DNA of 40,642 bases from Catajapyx aquilonaris. Taxonomy: Eukaryota. This document shows, in pieces, positions 26,274-37,394 of the stretch. The stretch lies in the NCBI GenBank assembly GCA_000934665.2, contig JYFJ02000883.1, positions 62,001 to 102,642 of the forward strand. The letters run 5' to 3'. Numbering within the stretch: the first letter of the stretch is position 1; each line of letters starts with the position of its first letter. The translations under genes and the position numbers were made by a program. The notes beneath the pieces were generated by a model, which saw only the letters and a list, made by a program, of their open reading frames with translations, was not told the DNA's origin and ran no database searches.

Positions 26274-28368
26274 TAATAAAACGCACTACTTCAAGTTACT
26301 TTTCGACAAAGAGTACCAATAGATAATATTAGTATTGTTGTATAGGCGCTTGAATGACATCGGATCCGGAAAAAAGCCCAACGTCACCTTCACTGGAGTA
26401 CTGGAGGAAACAGACACTGACGTGACTTCGGAGGTGTTGGAGTGTGTGGAAAAACAAGAGGCAGAAAAAGATTATGCAATTGAAATCGTGTGGGGAAATG
26501 TTTACAAATTCAAAATCATTCATGTTTTTGTTATTTTCGGACTGTATTACACCATGAACGGAAGAGTGTCAGGAAAACATTTCCTTGCGTGTAAGTACAT
26601 GAAAAAATATTAGGTACGATGCACGTAAGAGCATAATGCCTACCGTAAGTGCTAAGATCTTGTATTGATAACGGTGTAGGAGCTATGTATAGATACAAGT
26701 TATGACAATATAAGATGGTAATATACTGTAGGATGGGTGGAATGAATGGGTGTTGTATCTTGTATGTACAGCATGTATTGCATGTATTCTTTCTGCAGTG
26801 GTACTATACACCATCTTCTTACTCAACTTCGGCATCGCTGGAGGAGCTCACAGACTATGGGCCCACAAAGCCTACAAAGCCAAACCTGCACTTAAGCTGG
26901 TCTTGCTCTATCTCCAGACCGCTGCCGGACAGGTAATGCTCCAATGCAGGTGTACATGTCAACACACATCTCACTTTTGTCTGAATCATCTTTCAGAACT
27001 CCCTGTACGAATGGATTCGTGACCACCGCATGCACCACAAGTTCACCGAGACCAATGCAGACCCACACAGCATGAAGAGAGGCTTCTTCTTTGCTCACAT
27101 GGGTTGGCTCATATGCAAGAAGCATCCGGACCTCAAGGCAAAGGGACCGATGATTGACATGAGCGACCTGGAGAAAGATCCGATCATCATGTGGCAACAT
27201 AGGTTTGTGCCAATTTCTATACATCATCGATAGAGAACAGGATTAGTATTATAGTCATTACTGATTGACGAGTCCACATTTTTCATTCGCAGGAACTAAT
27301 TATGTGAAGCTCTTCCTCCTCACCGCTCTTGTGATTCCGGCCGCAGTATTCAGAGTGCTCACACATGAAACGTGGCTTTACATTCTCACAGGACTCATTA
27401 GCCGATATGCAGCGGGACTTCATCTGACCTGGCTCATCAACAGCTATGCCCATGCTTTTGGAAACAGGCCATACGACAAGTAAGTTTGACCCGGTTTGAC
27501 CAAATAACAATTCGATTACTCAAATTACAGGTCACCAATTTTGACCACGGGAAGGTATAAAAGCGCCTTCAGCCAATGTTTCCTTTCTTTTCAGGCACAT
27601 CCAAGCAACACATTCGATGTTTATGGGATATCTTGGATTGGGGGAAGGATTCCACAACTACCATCACGTGCTTCCGTGGGATTACAGAGCGGCTGAACTT
27701 CATTTTTATAAAGCGTTCAATCTGACTGGTCTGATGATTGATGGTCTTGCTAAACTGGGTCTGGCCTACGACCTGAAGACTGTGGATCAGAACATGATAA
27801 AGAACAGGGTTCTGAGAACTGGAGATGGAACTCACCACGTTTGGGGCTGGGGAGACAAGGACATTCCCAAAGAACATGTTGACGCCACCATCATACTGAA
27901 CGAAAAACTGGACCCACAAAAAAAAGACCAATGCACTAATAAGCCCTTCATACCCTAAGAGTGGGAACATAACATTGCGATATTACCAGCAAACGCGGCG
28001 AATGATTGATCGAGATTAGAAGGGCAATATTTTCGAAAAATATCACTTATTTTCACCCGTTACTGTAGTAGGTTCCAGTCATATATTCTCATCGAAGCGT
28101 GCTCCTGAGATGTTGGGTATTACAGCAATCATTACGACAAAAGGGACAGCCCCTACTATTTTCTTACTACTTGTAATGAAGCTCAGTTTAAGGCAGTTTT
28201 ACAACAATATTACAATCATGTACAGTACATGGTATGTAATCAATATTATACACAACATATGGGCGGCTTTTTCGACTTTTTGTACTATTTCGTTAGTAAA
28301 TGGATATTTACCTCATATTCAGCGTCTGCAAAAATATTGGTGCAACTGATTACAAGGAAGCGTCGAAT

Positions 28369-28456
28369 ATAATTGAATCGGTCATTTGGAAAAGGGGTCA
28401 TCTCCAGCGCATTTCCAGAGGATATGACCCCTTTTCAAAATGACCGATTCAATTAT
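28369..28456. mobile_element. 88-bp palindromic insertion (mini-MITE-like hairpin)
   Basis: 33-bp arms ATAATTGAATCGGTCATT(T/G)GAAAAGGGGTCAT with one mismatch. Absent at the paralogous position ~12890. Confidence 0.7.
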
Positions 28457-28789
28457 TCCTGATGTACTGTACGACTGATGTCATGCAGACTTTTCAAATA
28501 TTTATAATGTATTAAAGCTAGTATTTATGAATAAAAGTCATATAATACCTACTGTAATAATATATGCATACACCAGTACAGTACTTCAACTATATACATT
28601 TCCTGAAAAAAATAGCATACGATACGTACGGTGAAGTGTCGGTTATTTTCAACATGATGCAAAATATAATGTAAATCATGCAAATAAAATAATATTTGTC
28701 TTGAAAATCATCATTGAGTGACCTTGTCCATTCTTGAGATTTGTTATTGTGATTGCCTTACCCTTATAAAAATAAATATTAAAATAATG

Positions 28790-29017
28790 GATACCCCGTG
28801 ATAAGCCGTGATCATCTTTCAATTGACCGACTTTAATAATTTCCTTTTCTGTGATGGATTTTGATGGAAACGGGAGAACCCCGAGAAAACCCACGCGAAG
28901 ACGGAGAGAACCCATCGAAACTCTCTCCACATAAGTCTCCTCTGTCCGATCAGTGGATCGAACTCAGGACTTTAGAGGTGGAAGGCTGTGGCGTTAACCA
29001 CTACACCACCATGCCGC
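28790..29017 (-). mobile_element. Second copy of the tRNA-derived SINE (co-duplicated with the A-type gene)
   Basis: Same A/B boxes and core as 13210-13465, at the same position downstream of the gene. Confidence 0.8.
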
Positions 29018-30742
29018 TCCATACCCTTCAGTATAATATTTTGCAACTAAACGTTTTGCATTTATATGATAATAATTTATTAGGTTTTTATTAGGATAAT
29101 TTCAATCGTACGCGAGCCTTATTTTTCCCTACGTGCAAGTTGTTTTCAGGCATTGTTATGTTCGCCAGCAAATGGATGGGGTCTATAAATAAAAATAAAC
29201 GACCGCTGTAAGTTCGTGATTACGCGACATAAAATTCGTCAATATGTTGGGAAAAGGAATGGTGGAATTTGACAAGAAGTTGACTGATAATAAATCATTT
29301 GCCTTCAATCATGGTTTACCTTGACATTATTTTAAATTCAATATAATATTATGCTGCCAGCGCAGCTCACGAAGTCACCTTACCTGAGCACACTTACAGA
29401 ACAACGTAGCATACCGGTACCTAATACAAGTACAGATAAACAAAGCTTCTGTAATTACAGAGAAGAAACTATGTGGCAATACCAGATAATTTTTCCCATG
29501 CGACTGTAAGAAAATAATATACAGGTATTTTGTAGTAATTTTTTCAATATAAAGTATAATTATTGATTTTTATCAAAGCTTTAAAACATTAGACACAGAC
29601 TATGGTTACACCCAAACATCCTCTGCGATCGTGGATTAGATGGCCACATTGGTTAGTTTAACGAATGGTTGCATGAGAAATGCTTGCAGCATCCGCTGAC
29701 AAGTAATCATCTGGGCAACGAGCTCTGTTTGAAGGTCACAGTCTGACGTTCTTTTATCGGGCAAGGTGATTGTTTCCTAATAGCTTGCATATCTCGTACT
29801 GTAGAGTATACATTGCACAAACTACCCCTCACTCTACATCTGGATATTTTTAACGACAATGTGGTAAACCGTCTCTAAAAGTCATATTTGTGTCAGCCAG
29901 TATAATCCGCTGAACGATTCCAGTGTCCAGACTTCTAGGGACAGCTACATCACGTGAATGATTCAATATGTAGCCTAATACAGTACTATGTCGGTGGTCC
30001 AGTACACTACGAAGAAAGATTGGCTTGCAGAAAAGATTCGTGAACATACGATTTAGGGTCAATGGCTGAGGTATCCAGTAATTATTACAATATCAAGAGG
30101 GGTAGTGTTTTTTATTCAAGGAGTATTGCTGCCCAGTGAGGCAAAGTATTTTTTATACAGCTGTTAGAAAGAGTGAATTACTCAGCATTCAGTGTTGCAT
30201 TAATAAGGTAGTTTTTATCGATGTTTGTTAACACCCCTGTGCAATTAGATGTCTTCTGACATATTTATTTTTATTTGGAATTAATGGATTTTTTACGAGG
30301 GAGTCGGTCTATTTAACTACAGATCATTGCTCCATTACAGTCCAGTCTCCTCAGTGCTCGTTCCCATCTCAACATCTCCATATTGCTGGATAAAACCTAC
30401 CAGTAAGTACAAAATAATGAGATGATATAGTCAGGCTAGAAATGCTCATTATTTGCACATCCGCATGTTTTCGGAAATTATTATATGGGTGTGAACTAAA
30501 CTTGCCAATATTACCTGCATATTAGGTTCAGATTTCTGCATAAAGCTTTTGTTATATATTTTTTTGTTAAACGATTGTTGTTTCTCTCCTGCCCACGTAA
30601 GAAAATCACATGGGAGGAAGAGAAACAATCATCATTTTAACAAAAAATCATAAACAAATCAGAATTACTTTGTTGCCTGTTGCCTATGCTCATGCTGTTT
30701 TCACATAAAGATTTGAACATTACCTAAGTATGTTTTGCAGAT

Positions 30743-30827
30743 ATGGGCCACAAGAAAAGTATCATTAACAACCGGAACAATAATGAAACAGCTGCTGTGG
30801 GACCTGTGTAGGTGGATTATTATTATT

Positions 30828-30869
<42 letters not shown>

Positions 30870-32458
30870 ATTGTTATTATTAAACGCCCTACTTCAAGTT
30901 ACTCTTCCACAAAGAGTACGAATATTAATAATATTAGTATTGTTGTATAGGCGCTTGAATGGTATGGGATCCGGAGAAAAGCCCAAAGTCACCTTCACGG
31001 GAGTCCTGGAAGAAACAGACACTGACGTGACTTCGGAGGTGTTGGAGTATGTGGAAAAACAAGAGGCGGAAAAAGACTATCCCCTAGAACTCGTTTGGAT
31101 CAATATTCTTGGCTTCATAGTCCTCCACTTCTTTTTTATTATCGGAGTCTACTCTATGGCGACAGGAGGAGTGCCATTATTACACATGTTTGCAGGTAAG
31201 TGTTACAAAGCACGGGTCTGCAACAATATACGGTGAATGAATAACAACCATAATGTAGCAGAGACAGAACACTGGCTCTAGACATATCATAAGCAGACAA
31301 TTATAGTACTTTTAGGCTCACATGACACTTTTCTTTCTCTCTTCAGGATGGGTGTACTCGGTGGTCCTCAACTTCGGTATCGCTGGAGGAGCTCACAGGC
31401 TGTGGGCTCACAAGGGCTACAAAGTCAAACCTATACTTAAGCTCGGTTTGCTTTACTTGCAGACCGTTTCTGGACAGGTAATGATCCAATCCTGGTGGAC
31501 ATTTCCACAAGCATCTCACTTTTGAATCTGAATCACCTTCCAGAACTCCTTGTACGAATGGGTAAGGGACCACCGCGTGCACCACAAGTTCACCGAGACC
31601 AACGCAGATCCCCACAGCATGAAGAGAGGCTTCTTCTTTGCTCACATGGGTTGGCTCATGTGTAAAAAGCATCCGGATGTCAGAGAAAAGGGAAAGTTAG
31701 TGGACATGAGCGATCTGGAGAAGGATACGATCATCATGTGGCAACACAGGTTTGTAAGAACGGTTTTGGAATGGTAGTGTGGCAGAGAGAAAGATTTAAT
31801 AATCAGGATATTAATTTCATTCGCAGGATGTACATGCCGCTGGTTTACATCTTTGGATTTATTATTCCAATAGCAGCAGTCAAATTTGTCGCTAATGTAT
31901 CATGGTTTTATGCTCTCACTGCAATTATTACGCGATATATTTTCGGCCTTCATTTAACTTGGCTCATCAACAGTTACGCACACGCTTTTGGAAACAGGCC
32001 GTACGACAAGTAAGTACTACTGCTGGACGAACAAACTTTCAGATCATAGTTTGGAACCCAATATTTTAACCACTGAAATTTATACCGACCCTTTCAATCT
32101 ATGACACTTTCATTTCAGGCACATCCAAGCAACGGATTCGATATTCTTGGGATACCTTGGAGTTGGAGAAGGATTCCACAACTACCACCACGTGTTTCCA
32201 TGGGATTACAAAGCATCTGAACTCTACTTTTACAAGGGGTTCAATCTAACAGGAATTATGATTGATATATTGGCTAAACTGGGACTGGCCTACGACCTGA
32301 AGACTGTGGATCAGAACATGATAAAAAAGAGGGTTCTTAGGACTGGAGACGGAACTCACCGAGTTTGGGGTTGGGGAGACAAGGACATTCCCAAAGAACA
32401 TGTTGACGCCACCATCACATTGAACGAAAAAGGAAGCCCGACCCACAAAAAGGACTGA
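30743..32458 (+). CDS. Acyl-CoA desaturase, copy C
   Basis: Exons 30743-30807, 30951-31195, 31347-31477, 31544-31749, 31827-32009, 32119-32458. Motifs HRLWAH, HRVHH, HNYHH; ends HKKD*; AATAAA at 32540. Confidence 0.93.
30817..30881. repeat. Compound (ATT)n(GTT)n(ATT)n microsatellite
   Basis: In first coding intron of copy C. Confidence 0.95.
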
Positions 32459-35400
32459 ATTATTACACCAAAAATATTAGGAACCGCTTGAAACTGTTAG
32501 TATGGCAAAAAACATTAGAGCAAACTGACATTTTAATTCAATAAATCACTATTAGATTGAATGTTTTTATTGTTAATTGGAATGTAGGAAACATGTACTT
32601 GGTAAGTTCTTTAAACATGGACGATTAGAAAAAGACAACAAGAAGATTGTTCCGAAAGTGAGCTTTTAACTTTTCATGCTGCACTAAAACAAGTAGGTCC
32701 GAAGTACGAAGTACCGGTACCATATGTATTCTACTGTATTACAGTATTTATTTAATTCCTTTGGCACACAGGTGAGCCGCTGGTAAGGTCACCTGACAAA
32801 AAAACTGCACTTGTAGGCTTTTGAAACTGCACGTTTTGCACAAAGGGACTACTTCACTCACTAATTGAAGAAATTGCGGACAACAAAGGAGCATAAATAT
32901 TTTTAAAGAAGGTTCCTCTAACAAAAACGTTGTCACATAACTGCACAACAATGAGGATCACAGTCATGCAAATTATTTCAAGGAAAGGTTAGAAAATGCA
33001 TATTTCTGTAACGTAAACATGATTTTACTGCACCTATTACGCTATTATGTGGATGAGGCAAATAAATAAATTGACACTATACGTCTATCTGCAACATGCC
33101 TTGTTTAATTCCTTAGCGTGTCAGATGGTGATCAAAGCTGAAATAACGAAATGCTGCTAATCCATCACCTGGCCCACATAATTATACTGTAGTTATTTAT
33201 AGATGACAACATATACTGCAGGGTTCTTCTTGATTGGTCACAACAAACATGGCAACACTTAAACTTCAACTGCATTCTTGGATTACAAACCAGGTTAGGA
33301 GTGAAAAAAATGAATATTGAATGTGGAAATGTGACGACCTTGCCAGGTAATCATCTGGGCAATGCACTTTTTATAAGGCCACAGTATGACCTTCACCTAT
33401 TGAGTAAACAGCCTTCGTTTCGATGACGTACGTGCATTTCACACCATCTGCGTGTGCAGTACACACTCGTGTTTTTCCCCCGGTCGTGAAAGAATGACTT
33501 CCGTGGTTATAATTATCTAAAGTGTCAGTGCAGAACCAGTTTCAGCGTATGTGTAATCTTTGGTAAAATTGTGTTCATTTTTTTGCCTATAGTCCCAAAT
33601 GCGAAATCTGGATATGAATATATTTTGATCATTAAAAAATTTGTAATGGCCACATTTTTGTTTGTTTTTTGGTGTACGAGTTTGTTAATTTAATGTAAGC
33701 CTACAGTACAATTATTGCCTTATCTTTAAGAATTGAGAATTGCTCTTATTTTCATATGAGCTATTCACGTCAGATGCATCATTTTTGACTCCAGGAATGT
33801 ATACACAGGAAAGTCTGAATGCAGTGATTGATATTGGATTCGTGTTGAATGCATTTTTGAAGGAGGTCTACTCATTAAACTATATGGAAACTGCGGCCTT
33901 AGAGGTAAGTCGTGATTCTTCCCACTTTTCTTTCTGAAATCCCCGGATGTCTTGAGTGTGTAGAATGGAATGAATCAGTACAGCAGGACATCATACCTTG
34001 ACAATGTGCTGGTGTAGTGACAAAGAAGAGAATAAGGACCAAACCAGAGAGGTCAGATGGGGTCACTGGAGAAGTATGCCAGTCTGTGAGTACTGTAGGT
34101 ATACGCCACCTGCTCTACTTTTATATAGGGTCGATGTGATGAGGCGCTCATGCTCCGTCTGATGTTTAAATTAATGGGATTTAGGAGAAATCTCAACAAT
34201 GAATCTCAGCAAAATAACTTAAAATGCGGTTAGATATTAACTGCCCGTTTGAAATGAGGGGTTGGATCGAAAAACTTGATAAATTATGCTCTACCGTAAG
34301 GGTTATCAAGGTTTTCGATCCAACCCCTCAAATGTTGGCCAAATATGACTGGGGCTCATTATACTGGGATTCAGTGATGAGCCCTCTCGTACAGTACTGT
34401 ACACGTGAAATATCTCCTTCAGTTATCGTTACAATGTACACCTTGAGCTACACCAATCAAATACAACGCATTATGAAGTCACATTATTTAATTAACTACG
34501 ACAGTAGAGTGTTTTTATACGGAGGGAGATGCTGGTATGGAACTGTTGAATATGGATGCAATGGGCTTTCTGAAACGTATAAACCAGGGACAATGACGTG
34601 CCGATTTATATTTTCTTCAATAATTGTGCCTCCATTAAAATGTAATTATATTTATAGCGATATAACTTGAATTTCAAATTAACGAAATGTCAATGCATTG
34701 TACAGCTTTACCTGACATTTAATGTCTCTCCATATACATACGAGTTAAGCTCACATCATAGAGAAATCCCGAAACCTGAAAAACATTATTATTAGGTAAA
34801 ATGCTATCGCGCAACTCTTAAGTGGTTGATAATAATCTTCAGACATATCATCTCGCATGACAGGAAGCTGAAAGGGGATTACAAAAACGTGTAAAAAAAG
34901 ACAAAAATAGACTGCCAGGAAAACGGTTTTGCAATTAATTTTTCTGCTGAGAAATATGTTCGACTCGGTCAAAATGGATGAATGGGGAATAAAATTTTGG
35001 AATTAAAAAATACTATTACATAACAGATTGGAAGGTCCAGATTGGCATACTTATTGACAAAATGATTAATTTTTTCCCAATTTTTAAAATTTCTTGCTCC
35101 TTACTTGTACTTGTATAAATGTGCTGTAATTTTTGTGATTATAACAATAATTAACAGGTGCCTATTATGTTTAATATTGTGCTTCTTGGAAAGATGTCGC
35201 AAATGACATTTAGTTCTTAACAAGTTATGTTTGCAACGTTTCATGAGCACACTATATGCATAATTATGCTTGGAGTATTATTTGGAGTATTCCAACCGCT
35301 GAAATACAAAGCGAAGGGAATCTGGAAAGAATTGTGTGGAACGGTAGATAAAGATAAAGCCGATGGGGAATTGGTGGAAAAATTAGTTTGAAAAATTGCA

Positions 35401-35481
35401 CAGCCAATTACGCATCATTTAGGAACCCTGCAATATTGTAACTCATCATATCTCAAGAGCTTTGCATATCAATAAGACTGT

Positions 35482-36180
35482 TTACGCATATTTAACTTCG
35501 CCAACAGACAGCAGTGCTGACACTGCCTTGTCCTTCCTTTTCGTATACGACTGGGCGTAAAAATTGTAGAAAAGTACTAACATTGCTATTCCAGTCGGGA
35601 TGGTCATAAACCTTGTAAATCTCGGATAATCACACTTAATGAAAAACAGAAGATGTTCGTGAGCCATCATTACGATAAACTGCACCTGTAAACAACACGT
35701 GCTCAATTAATAAAAATATAATTAGGCATTAAACATAATAATTATTATAGTGTATAGTGTACTTTATAATTATCATCTGCAAGGTGGTCAGATACCGCTT
35801 CCACCAGAGGTATTTGTGGTATCCTAGTTTAGCCAACAAGTAATAAGTGTACACTACATCAGAACATGGATGAAGGAGTTGCACAGAACGGCGAATGTCC
35901 AATGACCACCTGGCCGCAAGAGAAACATACAATAACTCCTCCACACCTTGCGCCTCTGCCTGATGAATATTGTACCTACCGTTAACGGATCTAATGGTGT
36001 ACCAGATTAAAATGGGCATTATCATATGGTGAAACACATGTAAAAAAAGGTGACTTGTCCACAGCTCTTTCTCAGCACGAAAAATACCTGCTTTTGAAAA
36101 TTGTAGCTTATTGCAATGCAAACAAATATCACGGATATATTGATTCATACCGTATCGAGCAAGTCCAGCCCAATTTGAGT
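35482..36180 (-). pseudogene. ELOVL/GNS1-SUR4 fatty-acid elongase pseudogene
   Basis: Exon remnants: ~36180-36151 (LKL/LDLLDT), 36087-35980 (VFFVLRK..QVTF/LHVFHH; frameshift in T7 run), 35909-35774 (GGHWTFAVLCNSFIHVLM*/YTYY..KYLWWKRYLTTLQM; 5-bp insertion; donor GT>AT), 35685-35482 (VQF..CDYP..LFYNFYAQSY). N-terminal exons not found. Confidence 0.88.
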
Positions 36181-36836
36181 GTCGTGCCCTTTCTCCATTG
36201 CAGCTAAGAGGTGACAATCGACGATTTTCTTCTGTCCCTTCATGGTTCATGCAGATTGCACAGGAATCTATGTAATAATTAGCCAATTTTTGTAGGACAT
36301 AGGGATGACCCAACCACTGGAAAGAATATTCTGGTATAATATGCGTGTGAGTCATATGCAACTGGTTTTTCAGAGAAGCTTCATTAAAAATATTCAGGGG
36401 TACACAATAAATTATTACATTTCACTCAAAAACTTTTATTTAACAGATTGAAAATTTAAATGCGATGTTAAGTCTCAATAACATTTCCTTTGCACAAATG
36501 CAGAACAATTTTTGGGATATCCTAAAATATACAATCATGTTAGCATACATTGTAAATATACGTATCATCGACCACGCCTTTGAACTTTTGAAGAACGTGG
36601 GGAGCTCTTTCGTGCTTTCGATGGAGTTTTACAGTGTGATGTAGGGAAATTGAAGGCTGAGAGATTGTTAGCATGCCAATAATTCTACATACAAGTAGTA
36701 CTGTACTTGTATTACCTGTCAGATATTACATAATTTATATTAAAGTTGACATGTATCACATCATTGCAATTTTCGTTGGATTCTCCGGTTTTATGCATCA
36801 AGATGTTATCAGTTCTTCAAATTTCAAAATTATATA

Positions 36837-36989
36837 GGGTGAAGTGGGGGAAGTGCACACCCGGGGTAAGTGCACATATTGTGCCGCCATATTGGAATGA
36901 AAATGGCTGACGACACCAAAACGCGTCAGGTATGTAGCTGCACACAATATGTGCACTGACCCCGGGTGTGCACTTCCCCCACTTCACCC
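36837..36989. mobile_element. 153-bp MITE, same family as 21537-21751
   Basis: TA-GGGTGAAGTGGGGGAAGTGCAC...GTGCACTTCCCCCACTTCACCC-TA; shares the internal GCCGCCATATT.GAATGAAAATGGCTGACGACACCAAAAC. Confidence 0.88.
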
Positions 36990-37394
36990 TACTTTACTGT
37001 AAAATTTTCCTCTCCTCTCAGTATAATTTACGCGAACAACCTCAATGAACTGCTGGTAGGACAAATGGTTACACGACTTTTGAAATGTGACCTATACTCG
37101 GTGGGGAAAAATCAATATTGTTTCAATGTATCATTACTTCATTAGCAATACGGAATTCATTGCAATTCCCAGCATGGATAGATAATAATTCATTGCGATC
37201 TAATATTACAGCAGCTAATGAGCTTAATAACCAGCACTAGACTAACCAACCCAAGGCAACTAACTACACTTTAAATGAACAGTTTAAAAAACGTTAGCCA
37301 ACTAATCGGACATTAAAATAATTATTGGAACAAGCTGTATATAATATTCAGAGGTGCCTCAGAGACTTGTAAATGAGGCAACTGTGGTACAAAC

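Larger units (their letters stand above)
25455..27958 (+). pseudogene. Acyl-CoA desaturase, chimeric copy (C-type 5' end, A-type body), probably inactivated
   Basis: Exons 25455-25519, 26346-26590, 26799-26932, 26997-27202, 27293-27479, 27595-27958. Exon 5 begins G AAC TAA: a 4-bp insertion (TAAT, 27297-27300) relative to copy A gives a stop and frameshift before His box 3. Confidence 0.8.

Noticed and set aside
30783..30811. Alternative start MKQLLWDLCR for copy C
   Set aside because: The upstream ATG (MGHKK...) with the stronger GTAGGT donor parallels the MGY starts of the other copies; not fully excluded.
34224..34670. 148-aa ORF as a gene
   Set aside because: No recognisable motif or convincing splice structure; cannot be supported from sequence alone.
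35729..36361. 210-aa ORF as an intact elongase
   Set aside because: Chance read-through of introns and frameshifted exons; motifs fall in different frames.
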